64,000 bases of DNA from Octopus sinensis (GCF_006345805.1 NC_043017.1:5642001-5706000), one strand, 5' to 3'. Shown: positions 14,788 to 27,750, counted from the stretch's first letter. The notes: generated by a model from the sequence alone, not told the origin. Numbers and translations: made by a program.

Positions 14788-15021
14788 ACCTATTTCTTTA
14801 TTACCCACAAGGAGCTAAAAACAGAGGGGACAAACAAGGACAGACAAACGGATTAAATCGATTATATCGACTCCAGTGCGTAACTGGTACTTATTTAATC
14901 GACCTCGAAAGGATGAAAGGCAAAGTCGACCTCGGCGGAATTTTAACTCAGAACGTAGCGGCAGACGAAATACTGCTAAGCATTTCGCCCGGCGTGCTAA
15001 TGATTCTACCAGCTCCCCGCC
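14788..15021 (-). mobile_element. SINE family B (Bb tail), full-length well-preserved copy
   Basis: Reverse complement ggcggggagctggtagaatcattagcacgccgggcgaaatgcttagc...ccttgtgggtaataaagaaatagg. Confidence 0.9.
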
Positions 15022-15400
15022 TTGTGTACTATAACTATGTTGTTGGTGCTTTTTTTTTATGGCCGGTAGGATTTGAACATCGATCATCGAACTAGGAAAT
15101 TCAATAGGGTGTTTCACTGTCAGAAATCTACACGAAAAAAGAAGTGTTTCATTTCAAAGGGGGCGGGTATATAGTTTATGAAACATCCATTCTACATGGA
15201 CTACTGATACAACAGCAATTCTCCTGGAAGAATTAATGGTAAATAAAGTAGAATGTATGCAAGGTCTGAACTAGTGGAGAATGAAACAAAATGTCAGAAG
15301 ACTGAACACCTCACCAACACAAGCAATTAAAATCGCAAAATCAAATAAGCAATAAATGTGCATGCACTCCCCCCCCACACACACACACACATTCACACAC

Positions 15401-15716
15401 CATGTAACACACACACACACATATAACACATACACACACATGTAACACATACACACACACATGTAACATACACAGACATGTAACATACACAAACACATGT
15501 AACACGTACCCACACATGTAACACATACCCACACATGTAACACATACACATGTAACACATACCCACACATGTAACACATACACATGTAACACATACCCAC
15601 ACATGTAACACATACACATGTAACACATACCCACACATGTAACACATACACATGTAACACATACCCACACATGTAACACATACACATGTACACATACCCA
15701 CACATGTAACACCTAC
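15401..15716. repeat. Minisatellite of alternating 19-bp and 15-bp CATGTAACACATAC-based units (34-bp higher-order unit)
   Basis: 17 CATGTA-containing units counted directly. Confidence 0.9.
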
Positions 15717-16207
15717 ACACGCACACACACACACGTAAGATGAAATCAATATAATCGTTTGGGATACCAGAAAAAAACAAACAACCTTCACATTATATTT
15801 GGAAAAGCAGAGACAAATTGGACAATGGTGCTCTGGACGTCTCAGGAAGGTCGGATGGTCACATGTAGGATGCATATGATCATTCATCTACAGAATAAGA
15901 GCCTACCTACAGCTAAACAGCATATTATTTTCATCTACATGTAAACTGTTCAGTATGCCGCAACTATTCATAGATGCGAGCATAAAAAGTTTCCTAAGTT
16001 AAATGAATGAAAACTTAAGTCAGCGAACACGATGCACCACGTGGATTTAAATATGTGTCTAAGTTACATTAGAGCTTTACTCTTTTTACACGGCCAGCAG
16101 TCAAGCACACACGCATTTAAATACACAGACACGACTATGCAAACACATAGAGTAGTCTCACTTCCCTGAAATTTCTCTCTTACGACTCAGTTTCGAGTGT
16201 GTGTATG

Positions 16208-16254
<47 letters not shown>

Positions 16255-16280
16255 GTGTGTGTATGCGTGTGTGTGTTTAC

Positions 16281-16450
16281 CTTTTACGTGTTTCATTCAC
16301 TGGACTGCGACCATGTTGAGTACCGTCTTCAAGGGTTTGGTCGAATAAATCAATCCTAGTACTTATTTCTAAGCCTGGTGCTTATTCTATCGGGGACTTT
16401 TGCCGAACGGGGATGTAAACAAGCCAACCTCGGTTGTCAAGTGGTCGTGG
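16281..16450 (-). mobile_element. SINE family A, 3' half, diverged
   Basis: cttttacgtgtttcattcactggactgcgaccatgttg...cttattctatcgg. Confidence 0.8.
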
Positions 16451-17090
16451 TTGACTAACATAAATCCAAGGACCCCCTATATATTTATGTGTGTATGAGT
16501 ATGTGTGTGTATGTATATACGTATTTATATCAAGGATGTTTTCAAAAAACATAACCGCAAAAATGTAACAAAAGCACGGAAAATTTGACAAAACCAAACA
16601 CGAAAAATTCGTAGCTAATTCATCAGTCAACATCCAAAAGATCATAATAGTTTCGCGCCGTTTTCGTTGAGACTACTGCTTCATTGGTGACGCCAGTGCA
16701 AAAAGGCCACTGGGAATAGCCAACGGACGTACAGAACAATGACGAAAAGAAGCAAGACAAACTAAGTAATTATAGTCATTATAGATATACAATTAAAAAG
16801 AGCCGTATGGCTATTAGACAGATGAATGTATGTGTGTATACATATACATATGTATGTAAATATGTATATATATATATATAAGTATGTATATATATGTATA
16901 AATAAGAATGGTGTGTAGTTCCAAAACTTAAACAAAAACACAAGGAACAAACGGAAAATTAACACACGGGACGTGACGTTGCTCATTCTTGTCAGTTATC
17001 GTTCAAAAGATCCTTACAATTTCATGTCTTTAACAATAATGTGTGTGTGTGCGTGTGTGTGCGAGCGCGCGCACACACACACACACACAA

Positions 17091-17200
17091 CGGCTTTTTC
17101 AGTTTCCGTCTACCAAACCCAATTACAAGGCTTGGTCAGCCTGAGGCAATAATGGCCAGGAGCCCGCAACCATGTGGTTAGGAAGGAAGTTTCTCATCAG
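17091..17200 (-). mobile_element. SINE family A, 5' half, degraded
   Basis: tcagtttccgtctaccaaacc...caaccatgtggttaggaagg. Confidence 0.7.
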
Positions 17201-17218
17201 TAAGTCATGTCTATATAC

Positions 17219-17291
<73 letters not shown>

Positions 17292-17296
<5 letters not shown>

Positions 17297-18360
17297 TTTT
17301 CGTTGTGCTTATTGTCCTGTATCTCTCTTTTTTTTGCTTGTCTTGTTCCTTGGTTTGTGTCTATTGTGTTTCGTCTCTCTATGTGTTCGACGTCTTTTTG
17401 GTGTCCTGTACACATATATGCGTGTATATGTACATGTAGAGGTAGGTACGTACATATATGTTTATATATATGCATATGTTCTATTTTATTAACATATTAT
17501 ACGACTAAACGCACGCACCCTAATAAGTAAGATTGTTCTGTTTATCAAGTTAGCCTTGATATTAACTCTCACGCGACTCAGCATCTTTCTTTCTTTCTCT
17601 CCCATTCCCTTTTTCGTCTTTTTTCCCCCACTTAACTTGTCTCTTCCTCTCTCTCTCATTCTTCATTCTCTCTCTCCCTTTCACCATTCTTCATGGTCTC
17701 CTCGCACCATTCCCCTTCTTCTCTCTCTTCCTCTTGCTCCTCCTCCCCCATTCCCGTCGTCCATCTGCGACGATACTTCCGTCGTAACTGCTATCCTGTC
17801 TTTTCTCGCCCGCCTTGTAAGGCTACTGGTCGACATATTTCTCTCTTCGTCGTCCACGATAATCCAGCGTTTGCAATACTTTTTTCGTCTGGCGTTAACA
17901 GCCCTTCTTATCTTGTTCTCCTTGTCCTGTCTCTCACTGTTATATATTTATTTTTCCACTGTTTATATATATATTTTTTACTGTTTATATGTTTGTACTG
18001 TCGTTACCGTCTTGCTTTTTTTTTTTTTTTTACCCCTCTGCGAAAAGATCTCAGAATTTTAATTGATTTGCTTTTCGCGGGAAGGAAGTTTTCTTCGAAG
18101 TATACGTCTCGCTTTTATCCTTCGAAACGTTTAGTAGATGAAACCTTAGCGACTGAAGAAGGGGATTTTTCGTTGTGCTTATTGTCCTGTATCCTTTTTT
18201 TTTTGCTTGTCTTGTTCCTTGGTTTTGTCTATGTGTTTCGTCTCTCTATGTGTTCGACGTCTTTTTGGTGTCCTGTACACATATATGCGTGTATATGTAC
18301 ATGTAGAGGTAGGTACGTACATATATGTTTATATATATGCATATGTTCTATTTTATTAAC

Positions 18361-18363
<3 letters not shown>
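17292..18363. repeat. ~1.07-kb cassette bounded by ~200-bp near-identical direct repeats (17292-17494, 18164-18363)
   Basis: gatttttcgttgtgcttattgtcctg...gttctattttattaacata occurs twice, differing mainly by small indels. Confidence 0.9.
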
Positions 18364-18395
<32 letters not shown>

Positions 18396-19271
18396 TAAAA
18401 TATATAATACACACACCATCACACACACACACACACAGACACACACACAACAGGAAAAAACTGAGTGTTTAAGACTAAAAAAGGGTATGTATTTGCATAT
18501 ATAGCTAACACTCACTCGTATACGCACGAATACATACGCATGAATACATGTGTGTATACGTGTGTATGTATGTTTGTATGTATGTATGTATGTTTGTATG
18601 TATGTATGTATGTATGTATGTATGTATGTATGTATGGATGGATGGATGGATGGATGGATGGATGTGCGCGTGTGACTATGTTGTGTTTTGAGTGTACAAT
18701 ATGTGTACACACACTTACAAAAGGTGTTCTTATTTAACCTCACTTGAAGATCTACATGAAAATAAAAATTCTATAAAGCAACACAAACACAGAAGTCAAA
18801 ACATAAACAAGCACTGAAGCAGACAATTCTCGAGAATCAGTGAAGACTAAAAGACTAACAGCAATAATAAACCACGTGGTGTTTTTCACTCAAGTTTTCC
18901 TGGTACAACTCAACACTTTGTTGTTGTATGTAGACAGAAAATATTCACTTCCATTTCTGCATTTTTCTTTACATTTCCAAATCATCGATACGCAATATAT
19001 TTTATATATATTTTATTGCATTTATCTCTGCTGGAGTTCATGTCAGTATAGACCGGGTTTTTGTTAAAACAATTATCATTATTACCTAATCATCTTCAAC
19101 TATCTTAATTTCTTTATTTCTTTATTTATTCACTTTATCTCGCGTTTCATCTTGTTCTATTATCTGTCATAAGTTTATCAAAATCTTTCTCCCTTTCTTT
19201 TCTTTTCTCTCTCTCTCGCTCTCTCGTTCTCCCTCTTTCCTCCTTCTCCTCCACTCTTTTTCCCTCTCTCT

Positions 19272-19310
<39 letters not shown>

Positions 19311-19314
19311 TTTA

Positions 19315-19597
19315 CTTTTTACTTGTTTCAGTCATTTGACTGCCGCCATACTGGAGCAGCACCTTTAGTTGTACTAATGGACCCCATTACTTATTCTTTG
19401 TAAGTCTAGTACTTATTCTATCGGTCTTTTTTCCTGAACCGCTAAGTTATGGAGACGTAAACATACCAACATCGGTTATCAAGCAATGGTAGTGGGGAGC
19501 AAACATAGACACATGAATACATGCATACATACTTACATATATATACATGCATACATACGACGGGCTACTTTTAGTTTCCGTCTACCAAATCCTCTCC
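19315..19597 (-). mobile_element. SINE family A, 5'-truncated
   Basis: ttttacttgtttcagtcatttgactgcc tail and body. Confidence 0.85.
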
Positions 19598-19989
19598 ATT
19601 TCTGTCTCACACAATTGTATGTGGGTGTGGATGCACACACACACACACATACTCATAGGCTCTGGAACAGGAGGTGCAAAGGGTACAAGCGCACGCCCGA
19701 AAATTTTGGGAGGGCAATGAAAACGCTTTGAACATCCTTGGTTCGACCTGGAGATTGTGCCCCCAAAGTAAATTTCGTTCCCGCTCTTATGTCCGCAGTA
19801 TCAAACTTCACTTTCTGTATTGGGAGCATGACCTCGCCAAAACCAACACTTATCTTCCAGCAGAAGAACAAGCACAAAACCTTATTGGAGCTAGTCCAGG
19901 TCCAAACTTTAACAGATTATTGACTATATCGTGTTCATACTGATAAACCAGAAAGATTTTCTGCTCACCCCTACAAAGGAGTGAGTTGT

Positions 19990-20625
19990 GTGTTGAATAG
20001 ACTATGTCATGATATTAACAAACATCAGATTATAAGTTCGCCTCTTGTTGCAATCTCGACAATACCGATATTTGTAAAAACATTTTCTTGAGAAACTGAG
20101 TCCATCAAATACTCCTCGTCAGCCCGAAAGCTTGCATGATTAGTTGGCCTTCATTCAGTTACATTATTACTGCCGTCAAAACCAACAAACTCAAGGCAAA
20201 AAGGATACTGCAAATAGAGAACTGTTAAATTTTCTTAGAAAGTTTTGCTGGTCTCTTAAATTCGAGAATCACCTTCGCCATTACCACACTGGTTAGAGGG
20301 CAGAAAGCTGATCCCTTGAATGTAAAAATATCAGTTATGTTAGGCCGTGTTCTGGTTCACGTCCTGTTTAATACCTCCTCTCATCTGTGTAACCGGAAAA
20401 AAGAAGTGAGAGTCACTATGGACTTACAACTTGACGGAAACCTTATCACAATCAGAAAGCTGCATGGCATTACCAAGACTAGACCAAGAAAGATCATTGA
20501 ACTACTTATATGTTGATAGCTATACTCTAGTAGCCCACACTTCTGAAGCCTTACGAATCATTATGTTGACAGCCATAACAGATTTTAAAAGAATAGGCTT
20601 GACAATTAATGCTCAGAAAACACCA
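19990..20625 (+). mobile_element. RTE/BovB-type LINE reverse-transcriptase relic
   Basis: LDGNLITIRKLHGITKTRPRKIIELL then decayed YADD region and GLTINAQKT, matching the BovB-type DGNLFNLRRL..K...IRELLFADDCAL..GLTIN pattern. Confidence 0.75.
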
Positions 20626-20708
20626 CCATCATTTCAGCCCACTTTCCTAATAGACTAGGAACAACAGATATAAAGATCGACAGACGGACAGGTAGCTTGA
20701 TAGATAGG

Positions 20709-20792
<84 letters not shown>

Positions 20793-20846
20793 CAGATAGA
20801 TATTCACATGTATGTGTGTATACACTATATATATTTCACTCACTCG

Positions 20847-20887
<41 letters not shown>

Positions 20888-21158
20888 ATACGATGGCAGT
20901 CAACCCATGACCGATTAAGACAACTTTTTTAAAATCAAGAGTTCAAGAAGTTCCTGTGTGTGAATTCGTTTTGAGTAAGAGAAGGGTTATGCAGTTCTGA
21001 ACCCACTTTTGCAGCACAGAGAGCTATAGCATCAGAGACACAACAAGGGTTGAGAAAACAAGAAACCAACTGCACGAGTTTATCTTTTCCTAGAAAGAAG
21101 TTCTAACGAGAACTATGGGTCCTTCACTCCCAGTTGTCAATATACCAGTAGTGCATAA

Positions 21159-21370
21159 GGCGGCGAGCTGGTACAGTCGTTAGGACGCTGGGGAAAATGT
21201 TTAGCAGCATTTCGTCCGCCTTTATGTTCTGAGTTCAAATTCCGCTGAGTTCAACTTTGCCTTTTATCCTTTCAGGGTCAATAAAATAAGTATCAGTTGA
21301 GCACTGGGGTCAATGCAATTAATTTGGGCCCTTACCCGAAATTGCTGGCCTTGCGTTAAAATCTGAAACC
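21159..21370 (+). mobile_element. SINE family B (Ba), full length
   Basis: ggcggcgagctgg...gagttcaaattccg...aaattgctggccttgcgttaaaatctgaaacc. Confidence 0.9.
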
Positions 21371-21522
21371 AATATACTAATGTGTGTGTGTGTGTGCGCG
21401 TGTGAGTGTGGGTACATATAAAGATTCATACATACATAACTGTGATCCTGATGGATCGACACACGTACCTATCTACGCACGCACATACAGTCAGACATAT
21501 ATACATATACATACATACATAC

Positions 21523-21623
<101 letters not shown>

Positions 21624-21897
21624 TATGTATGTAATATATATATATATATATAATATGTATGTATGTATGTATGTATATATATATATATTATGTCAGGTCA
21701 CTTTCGATGCTACTGGTAACATGTAACCCCAGTACAACCTGTTGCATGATCGGGTCGTCGGCGACTAAACCGGCAATCCCACCAGCTTGCTTGGTGAGGA
21801 GGTGTTTAATTGGTCACCCTGCGGATGAAAACAAAACCGTCCAAGGGCGCACTCAACACACACACACACCCACACCACACACACACCCACCCACACC

Positions 21898-21951
<54 letters not shown>

Positions 21952-22194
21952 CACAATATAAAATTACCTCGCAGAAAAACTTAGTGGCCATTGGCATATG
22001 AAAAATAAAGATAGAATGGATTAAATACTAGATAAACTCTTGGTTTATTGAAATTACGTGCGTACACTCACACTCACACATACACACACAAGCGCACACT
22101 TACTACACAAACACACACGCACACACACACACATATACACGCACGCACGCAAGCACACTACATGCAGAAATAAAAACAAGAACTGCAAGTTAAA

Positions 22195-22236
<42 letters not shown>

Positions 22237-22239
<3 letters not shown>

Positions 22240-22306
22240 TGGTTGTATACCGTATGGGAATTCCCATACGGGACTGCCACGTTAAGTTGACGGTATACAA
22301 CCACTC
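22237..22306. mobile_element. 70-bp mini-MITE, TA-flanked (Tc1/mariner-type ends)
   Basis: TIRs CAGTGGTTGTATACCGT / ACGGTATACAACCACTC; internal perfect 22-bp palindrome CCGTATGGGAATTCCCATACGG. Confidence 0.7.
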
Positions 22307-22962
22307 TATCCCTCCACCACCGCTCATGTCTCTTTGAGACATTTAGAAATTTAATATTATATATATACACATATACATATATATATATATGTATGTATGT
22401 ATACGTATGTATATATATGTATGCACGTATGTATACGTATGTATGTATGTATGTATGTATGTATGTATTTAGACACATCGTCACACAAACATGAAGTGAA
22501 AGAGACAGACAGACAGATATATAGACATATAGGAATTCAATAGGATATAATAAGAAAAATATCTGTGATACAGAAAGAAGACTAGGTGAATAGGCAGAAG
22601 GGCGTATCATAAACACATGAACCACACACACACACACACACATACACACACATTCACAGCAAATTCAGGTTCACAACACAGCAATAAACGAGCAAAGGAA
22701 AAAAAAAAAAAAGAGAGAAAGAATCTGACTGTCGTAAGTGAACTAATTTTTTCGAGCTATTTCCTCGCTCCACAGCAGCACCAGAGCCTGCAGCAGTAAC
22801 CGTTCTAATAATAATCACGCTGAAGAATGTCCATTGGACTATTCTTGGCACTTCACAACAGTTTCACTAAGTTTTGCTGGAATTAAACTATATTTATCTG
22901 TGATACACAGCACATTCGCAGTCAGACCTCAACAATTAATCATCTTATCGTATGTAGTGAGA

Positions 22963-23010
<48 letters not shown>

Positions 23011-23181
23011 GTGTGTGTGTGTATCTGTGTGTGTGTGTGTGTGGTGTGTGTGTGTGCGTGCGCGTGTGAGTGTGGGTACATATAAAGATTCATACATACA
23101 TAAATGCGATTTCATACAGTTATTACCTAATTTCATTTCATAATCTACTTTATAAATCGAGTGTGTGTACCAGTTTCACTG

Positions 23182-23314
<133 letters not shown>

Positions 23315-24127
23315 ATGTTTGGTGTGTGTGTGTGTGTGTGTCTATCCATCTCTCTCTCTCTGTATGTATATATATATATCCATCTATCTATTTATATATG
23401 TATCTATCTATTGGCATGAATACCTATCTGACTATACCATCTGTCTACATCTATGCTAGTATGCATGTTTGCGCATGTTACTACTGCACACAATACATGC
23501 ATATATTCATACATACATACATACATACATACATACATACATACATACATACATACATACATACATACATTACATAAATTCATACATACATACATATATA
23601 CGTACATTCATATATTACCCAGTGCACACACATATGGGTATATATTACATACACACAGACACAGGTACACACAATTACACGTACACATATTTATCGATAT
23701 ATATACATATATACACACGTGTGTCCGTGTGTGTACGTACTGAGTAACAGTGGCATTTAAGCAATACTGCCCCTATTCATGACCAGCTACTACACTCTCG
23801 GTATATAATATTTAAAAATAAAGCAAAATAAGGTTTCTTTAATGGTGAACAGTTGGAAGTATTGTTTTAATATGTAAGTCTAAGTCCATATATCATCTGC
23901 CTTTACTTCCTACCTCCCCATTTTCTATGAAGTAGGTGATAGATGACCGAAATAACATCACCACAAACATCTTATCCGTCTATATCAGCCTCCAAGTGGC
24001 CGTTCGTCTTTCTAGAAGCAGCAGCCAAATCTGCCTTAAACCAAACATCTTACTATCTTAAAATAAAAGAAAATTTACATGTTCTAGGTTCCCTGCACAT
24101 AGAAAAAAGACAGGATAGTCATGGTTG

Positions 24128-24200
24128 TATTTGTCTGATGAGGCCTGACATTTGGGAAGAGGTGAAACGACAGTAATAGCCTCAACATTATCATCGTCCG
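24128..24200 (+). ncRNA. Decayed hammerhead ribozyme-like motif
   Basis: CTGATGA (24135), GCCT/AGGT stem II, GAAAC (24164), ACGA/TCGT stem III ending in GTC; stem I broken. Confidence 0.25.
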
Positions 24201-24344
24201 TTTTTAAGTGTTTTTGTTCAGTGTATGTTATCCGAACGGTTGTACTTACACAATATTGATTAGCTAAGGCGTAATATTAGTAGTTGTTCCCTAGTTTCTA
24301 CTTCATCCACATCCAGTAGAACACCCAATCCATCTACACGTTTA

Positions 24345-24450
24345 GGTGGCGAATTGGCAGAGTCGTTCGCGCGTTGGATAGAATGCCTCGCGATATTAGT
24401 TCCGATTCTGAGCTCTGTGTTCAAATTTCACCGTGGCTTTCTTGGATACC
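24345..24450 (+). mobile_element. SINE family B head, interrupted by a family A copy
   Basis: ggtggcgaattggcagagtcgtt...ctctgtgttcaaatttcacc. Confidence 0.65.
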
Positions 24451-24838
24451 CTTTTACTTGTTTCAGTCACTTGACTGCGGCCATGCTGGAGCACCGCCTT
24501 TAGTCGAGCAACTCGACCCCGGGACTTATTCTTTGTAAGCCCAGTACTTATTCTATCGGTCTCTTTTTGCCGAACCGCTAAGTGACGGGGACATAAACAT
24601 TCCAGCATCGGTTGTCAAGCAATGCTAGGGGGACAAACACAGACACACAAACACACACACATACATACATATACATACATATATACGACGGGCTTCTTTC
24701 AGTTTCCGTCTACCAAATCCACTCACAAGGCTTTGGTCGGCCCGAGGCTATTGTAGAAGACACTTGCCCAAGGTGCCACGCAGTGGGACTGAACCCGGAA
24801 CCGTGTGGTTGGTAAACAAGCTACTTACCACACAGCCA
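24451..24838 (-). mobile_element. SINE family A, full-length well-preserved copy
   Basis: tRNA-like A/B boxes, GTGGCACCTTGGGCAAGTGTCTT CORE-like box, tail GGCGGTGCTCCAGCATGGCCGCAGTCAAGTGACTGAAAC on minus strand. Confidence 0.95.
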
Positions 24839-25063
24839 GTAGACATAATTTTTTTTTTTTCTAGAATAAAAATGTCCCCCAGGTGCCTTTAGCAGAGTCC
24901 ACTCTGTTGCAAGAATTCCGGTTAGATCTTTGGCTTGAGAATGGCTTCCTCCCACCCTTCTTCCGACTTGTCAAAGAGGTAATGCGAAGGGCCATGTCCT
25001 CCGTTTCTGATCGCGACTAATATACATATATATTGAAGAAAACCAGAATAGTGAGTTAACAAA

Positions 25064-25452
25064 GCAACCTCCATCAGGATAATACTCGGCCACATATAGT
25101 GTGCGGATGACATTCCAAAAGGTGGAGCAAATTGAATGGGAAACAATGCTCCAACCACCATATTCGCCGGACATTACCCAACCTGATTATCATTTATACC
25201 GCAGTCTTCAAAATCATTTGGACGGGAAAGTTATGAATTCTGTAGATGAGGTTAGAACAGTACTGGAGGAGTATTTTTCGTCACGGGCAAGTGAATTTTG
25301 GAAGAAGGGCCTTGCAAGTCTACCAGATAGATAGAAGAACATTGTAAAAAAATGAAGGGGATGATATTTTAGATTGAAAAAGAACTATGTTTATCTTAAT
25401 TTTGAAAAATAAAAGAATTATTTTAAAAAAACGCATTTATAGGATGACCCTA
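25064..25452 (+). mobile_element. Mariner transposase 3' fragment plus right end
   Basis: LHQDNTRPH, PPYSPDITQPDYHLYRSLQNHLDGK (mariner HDNARPH and YSPDL motifs); premature stop; end followed by (TA)n. Confidence 0.92.
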
Positions 25453-26209
25453 TATATATATATGTATATATCAGAAGTGACTCTAGGTCATCAGAGTCAC
25501 TCGGGCTCACCACAGATTTCACATACGACACATGCTAGCTCCACGTTTTCCGCTTTATATCTAGTCCCCAGATGGCTTATTTTTTTATATCTACCATTAT
25601 GTCTTTCACTGTTTCTAAGTTAGGGGTAAAAATAAGGCAACCCTGTAAAACACAACTGATCATTACACAGAGACGCACATAATAACAGCAGCGGAGTACA
25701 CAACAAACATCAGCGATCTGACTGTCGGCTATACTCTTGACAAGAGATAATCAGTTTTTTTTTTACATCTATCAGGCTCGTTCGTATTAGCTTGAGTTGC
25801 TGGATGATTTTTCGTTCCTTTAAGAATATTGTAGAACGGAAACTTTTCATAGATTGGAATTTCAATCCTAATCTCTATAGAAATTTACTGTTTCACGAAA
25901 ACATTGAATTTGAATTACTTTTAATTTTTACGACTTTAAATAACAACTCGGGTCAGGGGCGTATGAATGATGTCGAGAGAACGTCTGATATTTTTTGACA
26001 CAGGACACCCCTAAAACGACCACCAGACGCTGAACAAAAATAAAGGAACTGCGACCAGGCTCAATAAAAGGAGCCCGAGTTATTGGCTTCAATTACATAC
26101 TTGAAGTCAAGTGTTGGCAGAAATTGAATCAGCTTGCAAATACACGTTCACTTTATTAAATCTATACTTGAGCTAAACCCGAACAGCGCGGGTGCCGGAG
26201 TCGTCACTG

Positions 26210-26245
<36 letters not shown>

Positions 26246-27483
26246 CAGTCCAGACATCGACTATGTCTGTTAGACATAGAGTGTAAGTACATATGTAACG
26301 ATGTTTCCGGCGATAAACATTTTGTTGTAATTCTTTACTTAATTTTAACAGGCTCTGGTCGTTAAGAAGCAAGCACCACAATGATTTCATGCATTTTCTT
26401 TTTCCTACTGGATTTCCTGTGCTGTTTGTCTGCGTGTTTATGTTGAACGTTCATGCTTTTCCGTTGTTTGAGACAATTAGTTTTCTTACCCCTTCTATCA
26501 TCTGTTCTGCTTATTCTGTAACTCGTATTTCTGTTTCTACCAGGACAGTGCTGGTGGCACAACAGTATAAGTTATTGGGAACAGTATCTATTTTAATCAT
26601 TCTTTCTCAACTCCCATCCCAACAAGGTATCAACTTTGCCTTTTATCTTGATGCATCGATAAAAAATATATCAAATATCTATTGAATCAACACACATTAA
26701 ATACAGGGAGACAAAATGTATATAAGAACAAAAATTTGTGTATGTTTCTGCAGATGCGTTGTAAATATATTATTTCCATTTGTACATCTAATAATTTGTT
26801 CAAATTATAGAGAAACTGGTGCAGGGTGGTTAAAGTCACACATACTTCGTAATTTTATACGTGCACCACTATTTCATAAAAAGGCTTCTCTTCTTTTAGA
26901 AGAGATTAGTGAAGATTAGTGGTTTAACGGGTGTCGTTAAATCGTATCTCTGAATGGTCTCATAATGAACACACACACACACACACGCACACTCACACAC
27001 ATACGTATACACGAGGCAATTTTGTTTTTAAGGAAGAATATATACATATAACAAAGAAAATTTACACAGTTACTGGTTATATATTTTATCGACATATTTC
27101 ATGCAATGTAGGGCCGACATATCTTCTTGATGTTCTCAAGCAGCGAAGAGAAAGCAAGATCAACCTCCTTGATAAGACTAAAAGAAGATGAGAAAATTGT
27201 GATCAGAAAAAAAAAAGGTTAGAGATAGATGTCAACCGAATATGCCTGGTAGTAAAATGGAAGTCATTAGCCTATATGGGATAAAATTCCGATACATGAT
27301 GATCAAGAAATACAAATGAAATTTCAAAAGGACACTACATATAGAACTAACTGAGGATCCAATCAGTAGTACCGTCACAGAGTTCATCGATTTAAAAAAT
27401 CTCTCAATGAAACTGAACGCACGAACCGATTTCTGTTTCCGATAGAAACTCAGTCACTGTTGCTAATACTACTGAGAGAGGTA

Positions 27484-27641
27484 TGAATTTTGGAAGAAGG
27501 GCTTTGCAAGTCTACCAGATAGATAGAAGAACATTGTAAAAAATGAAGGGGGTTATATTTTAGATTGAAAAAGAACTATGTTTATCTTAATTTTGAAAAA
27601 TAAAAGAATTATTTTTTAAAAAACGCATTTATAGGATGACC
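27484..27641 (+). mobile_element. Second copy of the mariner 3' end
   Basis: Near-identical to 25292-25450, including the same in-frame TAG. Confidence 0.9.
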
Positions 27642-27665
27642 ATATATATATATATATGTATATAT

Positions 27666-27750
27666 CAGGAGTGGTTGTGTGGTAAGTAGCTTGTTTACCA
27701 ACCACATGGTTCCGGGTTCAGTCCTACTGCGTGGCACCTTGGGCAAGTCT
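27666..27750 (+). mobile_element. SINE family A head only
   Basis: caggagtggttgtgtggtaag...gtggcaccttgggcaagt. Confidence 0.9.

Noticed and set aside
15401-15716. CRISPR-like periodicity
   Set aside because: No unique spacers; eukaryotic minisatellite
18118-18170. GAAA and CTGAAGA words as a permuted hammerhead (also at 33588-33625 and 61608-61655)
   Set aside because: Stems I and III cannot be formed, and nearby complementarity sequesters the core bases
17292-18363. Classical TRIM/LTR element interpretation
   Set aside because: No tRNA primer-binding site after the first repeat, second repeat lacks a TG start, no TSD seen; kept only as an unclassified cassette
17693-18472. 259-aa plus ORF
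   Set aside because: Runs through pyrimidine-rich repeat, the terminal repeat and microsatellite; composition artefact
24870-25010. Possible second mariner remnant on minus (DMAPSHYLF-like)
   Set aside because: Needs a frameshift and the rest of the match is too weak
26352-26384. Possible terminal exon ALVVKKQAPQ-stop after ttttaacAG
   Set aside because: Peptide not recognised; no supporting upstream exons
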